Shown piece after piece: positions 13,051-29,479 of a stretch of 64,000 nt of DNA. Below the pieces are notes generated by a model, which saw only the letters and a program-made list of their open reading frames with translations, had not been told where the DNA came from and did not search any database. The position numbers and the translations under genes were made by a program. Position 1 is the first letter of the stretch; each line of letters opens with the position of its first letter. This DNA comes from Raillietiella orientalis (taxonomy: Eukaryota): the NCBI GenBank assembly GCA_036172245.1, contig JAYWIR010000005.1, forward strand, positions 2,232,001 to 2,296,000, given 5' to 3'.

Positions 13051-14849
13051 GGATCGGTTTGCTTCTCGGTCGTCGTTCGTCTCATGGACACGAAGCTCCA
13101 AGTCAGCGCCCAGGAGGCGCGTTTCATTCAAACTCCCGTATCCCGCGTGGGATGCCACGCTCCCTTCTCTGGTCCAAAGATGCAGGGTTCGGATTCCCCG
13201 TCCCTGCTTCGATTCGATGAGAGTCCCTTTCTTGGAGAAGTTCCAGAGTGGCCCCCTGGAAATGCTCGGTGGATCCATTCGCAGCGATGGAGGGAAGCGA
13301 ACATAGAATTCCGGGTTGCGCTTCCAACAGGCGCGATCCTTGAATTTCGAGAAAAAGAAAAGGGAAGAAACGGGAGAAGAAATGCTCGCCGCCGGCTCGG
13401 AGCGGGGCAGCCTTTCGAAAAACCTCGATGTGGCTGCAAAAGAGGACTGCCGAGAATCGCCCTGGCTACAAGAGTCACGCCGTGAGAAACGCGGAGAAGT
13501 GCCGCCTCGTCTTGCACGGGAATCTGAAATTTCGAGGTGATGAATTTCGTTTGGAATGAGAAAACGTGGTGCTCGAAATTCCAGGTAAGGGCGGGACTTA
13601 CATTTCCCGGTGTCGACGTCAGGATGGAAGCGGGATAAGAGCAGCGGGACACCTCCAGCTTTCGAGCCAGCTCGTGGCGCGTTAGTGGTGAGCTGTTTTC
13701 GAAAAGCAGATCACATCCGCTGCCTGGGTGTCGGTCCCTGCTCGAGACGGTGGTCTGTGCTGTCGGTCGGTAAGACTTTCTGAAGAAAGTGAACGTGAAT
13801 TTCAACGTGATGGCAAGAGGCAGATCACGGAACCAAGAATGCAATGCTGATTCTGCGGTTAGAGCAGCTGGGCTCTCGCAGAAGAGAAAGCAAATGGTAA
13901 TCGTTTCGGAAAGTGATCCTCCAGTTGTACACCTATGCGGAAATGTGGCTCGAGAATGCGTTGCACGAGGGAGATGAAGGGAAACATGTATGCAAGAAGC
14001 ATTTTGAAAATCGCAGTTCACACTAGGAAACTTAGCACAAAAACTCCTCAAGGAGAGCTGTTTGTCTCCATTCTTCAGCCCATTTTATTGGCTTCAGATT
14101 CGAAAGGCATCTCGTGCGCGCAGCTCCGGCATCTACACGCCTGGTGGTTCTCAACTCGGTGGCGAAGCACCTCAGATTCCTGAACTCAACATTTTTCTTC
14201 TTCCTCCTCTTCGCCTTCTTTCCTCTGTGCAGTCCCTAGCTTCAGCGGGTTTCCACTTATTCTTGTGTGTACTTGGAAGTGGGAACCCCAATTCTAGGAG
14301 ATCTGTGATTCGCTTCACGAGTTGAAGGATTCTTTCAAGATCAGCTGGCACTTTCCCTCTGCAAAAACTCCGTTTCTTTACAAAGGAAGTGATGGGAACA
14401 GATTATCACGCAGAAGAAGCTGGTTGGATCTCCCTCTCGAAATACTTCCCCATCGGAGACGAGCTATGTGCATCCGCGGTAGGAGATGCCAAGCGGGTCA
14501 GATGCGGAATGAACTCTTAACTTCATGCGAGTTTCCGAAAGAAAACGTTTTGGACTAACAGCAAACATCTGATTGCTTGAAGTTGTAGAGAAACGAAGAA
14601 CGCAAATCGTATTATGAATGTTATTACAAACCATAAAAAACAGGGAAACTGATCTGTTTTATAAATATAAATTCATGTTGACTGTCATTTTTTTATAAAT
14701 TCTCGCGGACTACATTTGCAAAAGCTATAACCTGCTACTCAAGCACTTTGTTGTTTACACATATGCACACTTGTCTTGCAGTAGCGGTGAAACCTCCAAG
14801 ACTGCATATGCTAGTGGTGGACTTTCCAAGTCCTGAAGATTTGAGAAGG

Positions 14850-16800
14850 AAGCAGTCTGATCAGAAAGTAACTTGATGAAAAATTTTGAATGGGTTTGCA
14901 CCCACGGCATCAGAAACGACCTCCACACAATCGGACAGCGTTGTTATCCATCCTACACTGTATTGAATCCTTTAAGACCATTTTCTAAGAGGGCTTCGTT
15001 GGGATTTGTAAAACTCAGTTTCTCAAAGAAAAAGCAAAAAATTGGCACCTAAATGGGGTAAGACTTTCATCGAGAGGACCTTGATGAATGTAAGAAAGCA
15101 GTAGAAATGGAATCAGAGATAAGAAGGAAAACACTAGCGTCCAACTGATGCTAGGGTTTGAAAGCCATAGCTCGTGGTTATGAGCACCGGAAGATGAGAG
15201 AAAAACGCACAGTGATGTAAGAAAGAATGAAGAGGAAAGTAAATAAGAGACCATATATCAATAGGGGGACGATTCTCGCCATCTGTCAGTGTAAACGAAA
15301 TGCTTCTGTTCTTGCACAAATTACAGGAAAGAAAGATGGATTCGCTTACAATAAAGGCAGTGATTTTCACAAAGTGAAAAAGAAAGCCCACAGGAATCGG
15401 AGAGTGAAATACGAGTAAGTAATGGAAACAGAAAGTCTTAGATTTGAAAGAATCTTGAGATTCTGAGGAAAACTTGCTTTACGCCCCTCGCATCACTGTA
15501 GTTGTTACGTCGCCAGAAATTTCCTGTAGTAGGAAAACAGAAATACCAAACACTTCAATAGCTGAAATACTTTCATGTCTGCTGATGCCGTGTTTGATCC
15601 ACTTTTCGGAAGTATTGAGTAGTCCAATCAACGCAGCAGATCCCTCGTAATTTTTTATCCATATGAAGATCTACTTATATCCACATTTTTTATAACCATC
15701 GTCCCACCTTTTCATTGACCAAGACTCATGTTCCAGCAGCAACTTGTTTTTGCTGATTAACTTTGGGATTTTTATGTTCGGACGCAGAGAAAACTTGATT
15801 TTTCTGCGTCCGAGTTCTGCTTCGGATGTACAACGAAACCAAAAAGCAGTAAGTGCACATTTCAATACAAATAGAGTCCCAATTACAATAGGAGTCTCAA
15901 ATTTATGCCACGTGTGCATCCTGTAAATGGAGCATGTAAGGGATGGATTGCAATTCATATCATGCATTTTACCGCATGTTTTATTTCCATAGCAAAGCAT
16001 TCCTCTGCATCTTCTTTAACTTAATGCATTTTAGCAAATAAAATACATTTCGTCATGATCCATCTTTTTTGAATATGAAATGCAGGAGGCATGCATTTTT
16101 CTAAAAAAGATTTCACTATCACAAAAATCACACACCACAAAAGTATGTGAATGAAAAGATAGGCAATAATTATCCAAAAGATCAGTTTTAGTCCTAATAT
16201 CTCACCAATTTGCCTGGAACTCTGGAGCTAAAATGCGAAGCAAAGGATTTGACAGATTATGGGAGAAAGGAAATCTTAATCACTGACAAGGGTAAAAGTT
16301 TTATGTCAGGCAGGCAAAAACGGCATGAAAGGCACAGCAGAATTGGAAACTCGTACTAAGAGAGTATTCTTCAGAGTTTCGGTCAGAGGAGTTCTCCTTC
16401 TTCCTACAACTCACTATGGAGACGTATGGAATCGAGACTCCCGAATTAACACGCTTCTCTTCTTTGCGTGCCTTTGTTCGGGTTTTCCAAGTATTCCAGA
16501 ATGGCACCAATTATTTTCAACAGTTTCTGTGCCCTCTTGCAAGGAAATCCCTTCATCCCAACTTTTTTCTACGAGTGCAGGAGCTCTTTTTTGACGTTTT
16601 CGATCTGATTCCTCAATTACAGGCTATTACACCAAATCCTCACCAAGGCAATTTTAGGAAATCCAAGGTGTTAACCCGACCGCTGCAGCGGAGCGGAACG
16701 GCCAAGTTAACCGTGCTGCCAGGTAGCTGCAGACGTGAACAGCAGACCGCAACAGTCTTTCAGTAACTCACTCCTTTGAGGATGTGGGAAAGAATTTCTC
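14850..16800 (-). mobile_element. Highly decayed hAT-family transposase fossil
   Basis: Motifs in the expected order with many stops and frameshifts: AVHVC..VNLAV (~16700, HCxAHxLNL-like), KLLKIIGAILEYLE..REA..YEFPILL (~16350-16530), YFRKVD (~15610), TTLSDC/RSF (~14920, hATC ERSFS-like). Read by eye only. Confidence 0.35.
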
Positions 16801-19771
16801 AAGTGCTTTGGAATGTTACATGGAGTTGCGCAATGTATTTGGCATGCTTGAAACTCAAGGGCAATATTCTAGATCACTGGAAAACTTGCACTCACAGACA
16901 AGCAATTTCCAACTAATCACTTAGTGAATAAAGGGTGCTGAATAAAAAGCCCAAGCAGGTTGAGCAAAGAATGCACGCCGAAGTACCAGAGTTTTGAGCA
17001 TGCTGAAGTTTGAGGAGAATAAATCAGCTTTAATTTCCATTCTAATACATTTACGAACTAGCACTGCATCCTCATTAAGTATATGTCACAAGATGCTACA
17101 TCTAATTGGAGTCTGCTCATTTGAACAAATGATACAGACACGGTCACTGATGGTCGATTTTAAAGCACGATTCGGCAACTGAAAAACTGTTTACATTTCA
17201 CTGCTTCCCGGGGGTTGATGGATCATTTTTTTTCAAAAATTATTCTCCTGGGTGTCTGTTAAGAGACAACACGCAGGGTGATTTTCTTCATGCATTCACA
17301 AAATGAATTTTCGAACCCGTTCATTTCAGAATCCATTCTGTACATCACACTCAGCTCCGACATGCTTCCTGGAGGTGACTTGAACTGGGAGCTGCAGTGT
17401 TACCAAAGCTGCTCAATATCATTTCAATCATTGAGTTTGATTCATTCACACTCATTCACTAAATGGCACAAACACTTCTCGGAAAATTTTGCAAGATACT
17501 TCTTGGGTAGCTGGTTTATTTTGTCTAGACTTGTTGTCTAGACTAGCCTGTTCTCTTAGAAAATAACTTCGAAAATTATTGCATAGGATTGCATAAAGCT
17601 CATTAGCAATTTACACTCATATTTAAGTTAATTACAGCAGATATCAGTACGTATCGTGAAGCATAAACATATTTAATCCATTAATGCATTCATATAACTC
17701 GTGGCATTTTGCCTAACATTGGCGATTAAATCTTGGAAAGAGAAATGCAAACATGCAAGATTTAAGAAATGTTCCAATGTATGACATTGCATAAATAGTA
17801 ATTGGACCTTGAAGTGAGAGTGGAAAAGGTAATGTGGAAAAGTACCTTATAAAGGTTCGTAGCAACGAAGTTAAAGGAAGACTAACGATAGCTTGGAGTC
17901 TTTAATTCATATATATACAGAATTTTAATGTCCAAATGAAATGCTAGACGTTTTAGCTTAAAACGTGATGGGAAATGAGTCACTGTGAAATGTTCGTACC
18001 TTTCACATTTTAAATCCTTCACTAATTTTCTAATACTCTGTACTTCACTCACTATACGGTCTTTGATCAATCTAGGTTGACCAGCTTAGTGATTCTGAGA
18101 TATTGGAAGAACAAGCGCAGCCCAAGACGGCTGCTTCCTCCTCAAATAATGGACGATTTGCACTTTGGCTTCCCCTAAGATCGTTCTTATCTCAAGAGTT
18201 TGCAATGTCTACACCTCTTAACTGTGAATTTACCATCTCGTTTGCACAGAATTACTCCAGACCCCATCTATTTTGTTTTCCAGCTACGTACAATCAGCAC
18301 CACAACGTACGCACTCAAATTACAGGAATTCTATTACGGAAAACAAGGAACATCAGTTAGATCCAAAGGTTAAATCCAAGTATCATCAGTTGTATTGATG
18401 ACTCCTCGAACTTGAGAGCGTACACAACTGAAAGTGCATAAACGATTACGAGTTATGTTGAAGGAACTCTTGTTCATGTACAGACACTGAAGAGACCACC
18501 TTAGGAAATGGAAAATAAAAAAAAAACAGTGTATGTTCTGAAGCACAGCTTAGGTCTTCGATGTCGATGCTCGTTGCCTTCTGTAAAGCATTCCAGGAAA
18601 GCAAAGACCACGTTGCCGCAGAGATCTGACCGCTACCATGAGCCACTTCTGCAGTGGGGTTTCCAAGGAAACTCTGAAGTTTCACCTTTCCCAATTACGA
18701 ATTCCTCGCATGCCAGCTCTCAGTAAACAAAAACAAAAGTGATTTGCACTCGAACACACGCAGGCTATAGGCAACACTTGCACGCGGACGTCTGTACTGC
18801 AGCACAAGAAAAGTTGGTAGGATTTTACAGCAGCACCACAGAACGAGCGGATGGACTCTCTGCGACCGGTTTTCGGACTTTTCTAACTGGAAGATTATGG
18901 TGAAAGTGCTCGGTTTGCACTTTCATATCTCAGAAAACAAGTAATGTGCTATAAGTTTTCCTCCAGCCGCCCAGGAATACAGAGAGAGCCCTTGACTACA
19001 TTTGAACACGCGTAAAAAAGATTCTCACGTAAGAAAACATTTGTGAAATTTCAGTTTTTTGTGTGACTTCAGCTTTCATTCAAATTATACCGTACAGTAA
19101 CGAGGATCCCGATCCGCAAAGATACAAAATTAAGTTGAGCCATGAAAAACAAAATCTTTTAGGTGTCGCTGTATTACCTAAAATCTTTCCGGTGTTGTTT
19201 CCAATTCAACCACATCTGGAGCTCTAGCAAGGAAATTGGAGTCTCCAATGGGGATGAATCTATAAAAAAGCTAATAGATAAGGGTGCTCCTGCAATAGAA
19301 TTTACATCAGCACTGTAATTTATTAATTAGTCTACAGAATACAAAAACGGCATAACGACTTCGGAAATCAGATGCGTCTGCTTATATTGATTTTCAACAA
19401 GATCCGAATGCTTCTTTCCATTTCCCCCTCTTCAAGTATTTTTTTTTATTACAGTTGAAACAATCACAATGTCCTTGTTGCATTTCGATTACACTTTCAT
19501 TCGGAATAATTATGAATCTACGCAACGAGCATTCTGTGACCTGGCTCTTCATTTCGCAATTTACCTTTTAAAAAACAAATGCTTTCACCGATTTATAAGT
19601 AATTATTTGATTTTCCTAGAATATATCTATGAAGGGAACTACATGCTTTTGAGAGAAGACTCAAAAACCCATCGCATCCATGGATTTTCTTTTAATCTCT
19701 TGAATCCATTTATCCTATTTCTCTTTTCAATTAGAAATCCATTAATGTAGCACCATGGAAGCCACTGAAAG

Positions 19772-22303
<2,532 letters not shown>

Positions 22304-22399
22304 CACATTCGTGTAGGCACCAAATTACTTTCTGAAACAAAAAGGGGCACTAAAAGATTATTGCATAATTTGAATAGAGCAATGATTTTATATTATAAT

Positions 22400-23520
22400 C
22401 GTAGTCATTAACATTCACAGTGCCTGCATAAAATGCAGGCACTGTTAATGACTGGGAAAAGCAATTAAATTTTTCGAGGAACCAGCTGAGTAAACCACGC
22501 GAATGTAACATTACTAAAATGTGAACCATCTAGGAATGAAATGCAGTTTGAAATTTCACATATTCATGGATATGTACTTTTTTTTTTTTTTACATTACGA
22601 GCAAACTAAACATTCGAACAAGTACTGTACGCTCCCAGATTCAAAATCCACGGCACCTTTCCTTCCTAATACAAACTGCTAAAACAGAAAACGGCGGAGC
22701 TATTCGATAGAAAATTACACACATTACTTTGCACATGTAACTCGAAGTGTACGTTAATAACAATTACCATTCAACCTTTCAACACTAAATTTTTCTGGCT
22801 TCAAACACGAAATACTAGACCAATGAGTGATCGATTGCTTGAAACACTATGAAAAAATCTAGGCTTTAAGAGTGCACTGTCTCATGGAAATCCTGAAAGC
22901 TGCCTTGGTATGCAACGTGTCTGCAGCCATCTGAGACTCACAAACAAAATACGAAATAAGGAAATGCAGCTATGATAGCTTTCGAAATATTCGAATTATC
23001 GCAAAACGAGCTCATACAAAGTTTGAGGTTCCCACTTTCCAAACGGAAACCATTGAAAAAATCAGTTCCGTGCTCTGGTATCCCTTGCTCCAGCACGGAA
23101 ACAAAAATTAACGCAGCTATCAGATTCTGTTTTTCGATGGGGACTTTTCTCAGCTTTCCACTAGGCTTCCATTTGTCAAGGTATTTTTCATTAAACTTAA
23201 GAACGATAATTTCTGCACGGAAAATCGAAGCAACAAACAAATTGGTCACGGTTTATGTATAAATATTTCTTCACATTCTATGCTTTCAATTTGTGGAAAT
23301 ACAGTACGCAACCGTTGCACATGTAGTGCTTGGATTTTGCTTGGGTAATAAGCCAGGTTAACCAGGTTTACCTTAGGAATCTTTGTGAAGATATCTCCTT
23401 TAAAAACAAAAAACCTTTTTTCTACTAACTATCCATCGTCTGAATCACAGTCGGCCAAATCGAGATAGGACCGAGTAATCGTCGTTCGCCTTCACCAATC
23501 GTTCACCCTACGAATAAAGG
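22400..23520 (-). promoter_or_regulatory. CpG-retaining SDHB 5' region (probable promoter / 5' UTR exons)
   Basis: About 25 CpG in 22921-23520 versus 2 in 19981-21000 (hand counts). Candidate donor AAG|gtaaac at 23372; candidate acceptors at 22930 and 22331. Confidence 0.45.
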
Positions 23521-23929
23521 AAAAATGTTTCTTTGCATGGAAAAAGTCAACTACTGAATACAGTTCACGAAAAAAACAAATTTCTATTTAGGGGTAGGTA
23601 TAATGAAGTTTCGAAAAATACTAACACTAATCACGAATAAGTGTTGCTTTCAAAACTACTGTCTGCACTTCATTCCCTTTACTCCAAGTGGGTCAGGTTG
23701 CTTACATTACTAGATTGCATCAATCCTTTATTATTTCCCAGTAGAATCGGATTATTAAAAAGTTATTCAAAATAATGTTGCCTTGCTTTAATAATTACTT
23801 TACTTTAAAGTGAAGATTCGTGGTAAGTTTGAATGATTCCAGAAGGTTCGTATTTCATTGAAACATCTCTTAATTTCTTAGAAGAGTGAGCAAATTCTTA
23901 CTAATTGACTGTCTGATCTCTAGTTTCAT

Positions 23930-24250
23930 AGAGAAAATGGATTTGCAATTTGTTGAAAAATTAGGTTTATCCAGTAAGATTAAGAAGCAGTGATACTATG
24001 GAAATGATCACTAAGGACTTGATGTCCTCGTCATGGATTTTGGATAATCTACATATAGCATAGCATCGGAAATTAGTGTTTTTCCCCACCAAGACATTCG
24101 ATATTCAAGAATCCTTCTCAAAGTGATACAATGATTTCGTAGAAGCATCAATTTCCCTTTGAAATCTAATTATTTGGAACTGCCACTACATGCTGGAATC
24201 ACCTGAAGCTAATCGTAAAAAAGTTGGGAGCGAGTTTCAAAAAATCTCCT
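23930..24250 (+). mobile_element. Possible second hAT transposase fossil
   Basis: VEKLGLSSKIKKQ*YYG (LxxLGL..GQxYDG-like), HSIFKNPS and LFGTATTCWN (TRW-like) in the right order, broken by stops. Confidence 0.25.
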
Positions 24251-25344
24251 CACAAGTCTGCTTACATTTCATTTCGCTACGTACCTTTTTTTAACAGTTG
24301 GTCAAACTTGAATGCCGAAATCCGGCTACATGGTTCCTCACTTTAATTTAGGAAATAGGATAGGTAAGCCCTCAGAAGAAGCACTGCTGAAATACAGCAT
24401 TCACAAAAAAAAACAAAAAACTGATGTAACTGTTTTTTCATCTGCACTCAGGTCAGTTAGTGTTTCACTTCCTAGAAGACTCCATGCGTGATCATAAACG
24501 GCTGCCGCAATTGCAGTAAAGAAGGTAGATCTGTCATCCATTTCAGTTAGAGCGTCATGTGATGGAGGGTGTCCAGCATCCTACTGGTATCCCTGTGGAG
24601 CTAGCGAAGAGTTTGCTTCATTGACTCCTTAAATATATACGTCTTCCTATGCGTGGTAGAGATGGTTAAGAGTTCCTTCTGAGAGGACGGGATTTCCCAA
24701 GCCCAGTTTCCGGAACGCCTGATGGCTAGCGAGTGAAGTGATAACATACGAGGGCAAATCCACTACGGCAGAGGAGGATCCGAATTCAAGTTCTTCTTGT
24801 CTCAGAGACTCACGCATCTTCCCTTTGACCCTCCTCTCCGCAGTGTGTCAGGGACTCTCAAGTGCGAGATGATGCTGCGTACTGCTAAAAGACTTTTGCT
24901 GGGCTGTGAAACCGACATATGATCATTTGCCGAGCATTTGTGGTGGGCCCTCGTTGCGTTGCCTGACGCTCCGCTGGAGAGGAAAATGGTAGCAGTTGCA
25001 TGGCCAAGTGATTCTTAGGAACGGGCTGCAACCACATCTAGGAAAACGTATAGCCTCGAAATGCCCAGCTAAAAGTGAAAGAGTGGCTTCTACATCATCC
25101 TCATTATCACACACAAGTGGAGCTGGCAGCAGCAACTGTGTGGCTGCTCAACAGATCTGGTAATCTGTTCCTCCCATCAAACTGAAGAAGGATGACCGTC
25201 TCCAGATGGAAAGCTAGCAGTTCCAAACTTGGTCAAAAGTGCAAAAGGGTGGAGCATGCGCCAGTGGGTTATCCATCGCCGGAGGCACTCAGGTACACAT
25301 CGTACTTACCAGCTTTGGTTCAAAATCCCAAACGATCACAATCC

Positions 25345-26400
25345 CGAAAGATTATGAAAAATAAACGCATGCGTTTTCTACATATATTAGTATACAAATT
25401 TATGTATAGATTTGTGTATAGATTAACATATATTCTGAAGATTATGAAAAGAAATACATATTTTTATTATGTATATAGATATGTAAATTAACACACATTA
25501 ACATGCAGATTAATATACAAATTTATTTTAACATACATATCTATCGCTATAATGAATAATGCATATCAATACATATAGTGAAGATTTTTGTCTAGATATG
25601 TATTTATCAATATCATTAATAATACGCATTATTACATATTATTATATAGTGAATATTATAAAAATAAACATATATGTACATATATATAATACATATATAT
25701 GTGTGTCCGTTATATATATGTATGTATACATCTTTGTGTCTATACATGTATATATATATGTACATATGTACACACATACATATATGCACACATACACACA
25801 CATATGTGTTATATATATTTGTGTGTGTGTGTGTCTGTCTGTATGTGTGTATGTATTCATATAGAATAAACATATGCTTTTTTTATAATCTTCACTATAT
25901 AATATACATCAATGCGTATTATTAATTATATTGATACATATGTATCATGAAATAAATCTTTATATTAATCTATTTGTAAATATATACATGTCAGTTAGAT
26001 AAGGGATGGGAAGTTGTAAGTTTGATGAAAAGAACACCTGAAATTGCATATTTATTTTTTATACTCTTTATGCATATGTATGCATATATATATACATGCA
26101 TACATATGTAAATAATTGTTAATTTATATATTACTGCATATATTGAATATATGTATTAATTTTTTCTAGTCTTTGTAATAATATTCATGCATGTACTCAC
26201 CTACACATAAACATGTAAATTATATTGAAAATATGCATGCAATTATATTGAGATAAAAATTAACAAAGATGTATACTAAAACAAATTTGAGTATTAATAT
26301 ACACACTAAGCACATGTATTTATTTTTTACCATCTTTATAATGCATATTAATCTTATGTGGAAATTTATACGTTCACCTACACAAAAAACATGGACAACC
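25345..26400. repeat. AT-rich interspersed repeat copy 2 with (TA)/(CA)/(TG) microsatellite core (~25670-25860)
   Basis: Low-complexity TATA/CACA/GTGT runs; shares motifs with 4885-5545. Confidence 0.65.
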
Positions 26401-26449
26401 TCAGCCGAGTTGCACTTGCCTTGTCGGCGGCCGCAAGGCGAAGTGCCGT

Positions 26450-27800
26450 CCTCAGCCAGTCGATTCTGTTTCAATCGTTTCCATGCCTACGGGATCCGCG
26501 TCAGACCGGAACCCAAAGTACACGGCACCCCAGGAGGTGAATGGTGATGCTCTGGAGTCTGACACCGTACCTGGATTCTCAGGAGCTCGCCGTCGTCTCC
26601 ATGGGTACAGTGGCGCATAGAGGACCCTGAGAAAGACAGGAGTGAGCACTGCGCGAGGCCCAAACTCCCGCAGTCTGTTGGAAGTCACTTCGGTGCACAA
26701 AGAAGTCTTCCTGCTGGTTGTTTCCTCGACCGAATGAGCAGTGGAAGTAGAGGGTATCACCAACACCTGGATCTCCCCTGTGATCAGTCTGCGGATGTCG
26801 CCGGAGTCGAGGATTCCTGGTTCTGGTCCACAAAGATCGGCACCATCGATCGCTCGGCGGCGGAGGCGGCTTCCGGTTCCTTTTGGAGATTCCTCGCCGT
26901 GCCCGGAGAGCCGTTCTTCACTTCAGGGATGGAACCCGTGCGAACGAGTGAAGCATGCGGCGATTCCTGAGAAAGGGGGAGGAGTTCGAAGGGAATCCAC
27001 GATCAGGTGATGTGGCGCTTCCTTGGATGAGAAGCCGCGGTAAAAACCTCTTGTGACTCGCGCGACCCAGCACCCGTTGGACCAAACAAGAAGTTTCCGT
27101 TGCGAGCTAGCCGCCATCCTTCCCTGTTACGTGCGCTGCCCGGGATCTCAAGATTGAAACGAACACGAGTCGATCCCTCCGCCCGTGTTCCAGGGACGCC
27201 GCCCATCCGCCCATGTTCTCTGCCGATGTGTATCCGGGGCGCGCGAACATTGCCAGACCACCCTGGCATCTTCGCAAATCATAGTGATCCTGTTCCTCCT
27301 CCGGAGACGAGCCGTTCAGTTTGTAGGAACAGGGAACACGTGGATTTTCCTTTTTCCACAAAGGGAATGGCAGGGACGACCCCCACGAACTCTGTAAGCT
27401 TCTGCGACTCCCACGTGTCCCAGTTGAGCACCGGGCTGCTACAAACTCGAATGACCGAAGATCAGTGGGAGGGCCAGCTTGGGGGCCTTGCGTCCGCCAG
27501 CCCGACCGTCTTCCGGCTACCAAGGAGTTTCTGCAGTGATGCGAAACTCCTCTCACCCACCGGTCGGCCGCATCCCTTGTTTGCCCTCAGGGCAGGCAGT
27601 GCGACGACAAGGGGCGGTGGGAAGATTTTGGCAGAAGCCACCCCTGGCACAGACGTGCTCTGGACGAGCTCCAGCCTGCCTTCTTTACTGTTCATCCATC
27701 CTGGCTACAGAAAGGGCGGGCAAACGAGAAGAGCCATCTGCAAGAGCAGTTCGTGAACCTACCGAGCAGGTTCTTCCTCGGCAGGCAATCCGGGGTTGGC
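26450..27800 (-). mobile_element. Decayed L1/Tx1-clade ORF2 fragment (EN-RT linker and RT N-terminus)
   Basis: LRANK..GERSFASLQKLLGSRKTVGLAD (linker), KNGSPG (~26910), and LVIPS..EVTSNRLREF (IPK..LANRL-like). 27500-27640 is homologous to 32550-32700. Confidence 0.5.
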
Positions 27801-28399
27801 AAACTGGTGATGGCTCTTGCTCGAGGAAGCTCTCTGGTGCGGCTCAAGTCCAGAACGAGTCCGGAGCTTGAACCAGAAAGTGGGGAGGAGAGTGGATGGC
27901 GCCACCCTCACTGACGAGGCCACCTATTCGATCCGCAGCAGTCTTTTTTTTTCTTCTTCAAAATTAAAAGAAGAAAAAAGTAGCAACATCACGGGAAGGT
28001 GTTGGCCGAGGATGGTGGAAATCTTCTGGGGTTCTTCGTTTCGTTTTCTTTTTTGGGGGTCTCCGAGTGGCGAAGAACCGCTCTCCTCTTCTCGAAACTC
28101 TTTCGACACAGTTCACGCCACCCGAGGGTGTGTGAGACTCTTCAAGTAGGCAGAAAACCCGGAGGAACCACCTTATGGATCCAGGAAGGCTCAGGAATAG
28201 GAAGCTCGTTCCTCTTACGCTTGGGAGGGGTACCCCGAAGGGAGCCCTTGCCCTTCCGGGCTTCGATTTCCTGGACATGCGAGGGAATTTGTTAAAACTT
28301 AAAAGAAACTCATGGATTGTGTCGGGGCACGTGGTCCGACCACACTCCATTTGTCCACGGACTTGCCGGGCCACCGGTGAGCAGGCTGGTGGGGCTCTC

Positions 28400-29460
28400 T
28401 CTGCGGCGGAGGGGGAGGGGAGAAAACAAAGAGTAAATAAAAATCCTTGGAAGGGTCAGGAAGGGATCACTGTCCACTGGAGGGAGTCTAGCATCCTTTC
28501 TAGGATGCCAGATAGGTTCGCCCGAATAGGTGGAGTCATCCGGGCGCTATCTGCAGAAAACGAACTGCAGAATGGACGGCGTCCCTCCCGTTTCTTCCTC
28601 TGTCGACTTCGCTCCAGACTGCCGCAGTCCCGCGGATGCAGCAAAGCGCTGCTGGGGCTGCGACTGGCTGCAGGGCATCCCGCGCAAAGAGGAGCATGGT
28701 AAAGCGACCCTGAGGTTCCAAACGGGCACCTCAGGGTCCTCTCGTAACGTTCCCATAGGGGCCGGAGGGCAACGCAGTCCACAAGCAGAGGCTACACTTT
28801 CATACTACACTTTGAAGGCGGGAGGGGAGATTCCCGTCCCCCCCCCTCAACAGTTCAGTAGTGTCGGCGGTCGTTGCACAGGATACCCCATTGCAACAGC
28901 AGAAGTGTCGACTCCCGCTACTTCATATGAAGGGCGCTGCTGTTCTCGAGCATCGAGGTCCACTCAAGGTCTTCGCGAAAAACGCCGAACAGCTCTTCCA
29001 AGCTCTGTAGTCCTCGCAGAAGGGCACTCGGAGTCGCATCAACCGCGAGCTGCCCCATGGTCCATCCACTTATCAGCTTCCTCCTACCTGCGGTTTCGCA
29101 GGAGACTCCCCACCTCGGCGTTTGGCTGCTGTCAGGTGTCGTCCTCAAAAATGGCGTCGTTGCTGCGAGGGGGGTGGTCTCCGTCCATGCGCCCATGCTG
29201 AGATTCTCGATGATCTTCCTCTGCTCGCTGCGGAAGATCATCGAGAAAGATGTGGATGCCGCGTCGCAGGCATCTCCAAACTTAAGAGCTCCGCTTCTCC
29301 ATCCCCGTCCGCGTGCCAACTATCTCTTATAGCCACGTGACAGAGTTGGAGGGGCAACGGGTTATCCAGCCCTTCTCCTCCTCCAGGGTGGCCATGCATC
29401 CGAGGAGGGGACCGCATCTTCCCAACTTCCGGCCGGAGTACAACAGGTTATTGACCTGGA
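28400..29460 (-). mobile_element. Decayed L1/Tx1-clade LINE 3' fragment (copy D)
   Basis: KLISGWTMGQLAVDATP..EELFGVFREDLEW, DCVALRPLWERY, ALCCIRGTAAVWS and LSGILERM, followed by a T-rich tail. Confidence 0.7.
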
Positions 29461-29479
29461 AACCCCGAAGGGAACCATC

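Noticed and set aside
18780..18905. QEKLVGFYSSTTERADGLS, reminiscent of a hAT transposase segment
   Set aside because: A single isolated weak motif without supporting neighbours.
19178..19259. 82-nt exon-like segment (tttttatag|...|gtaata) downstream of SDHB on the minus strand
   Set aside because: No recognisable peptide and no partner exons; could be chance or UTR splicing.
22865..22890. Iron-responsive element in the SDHB 5' region (Drosophila SdhB has one)
   Set aside because: Minus-strand CAGUGC loops at ~22875 and ~22440 lack the 5-bp upper stem plus bulged C; only 3 of 5 pairs form at the best site.
25559..25925. Tyr/Ile/His-rich ORFs
   Set aside because: Translation of TA/CA microsatellite.
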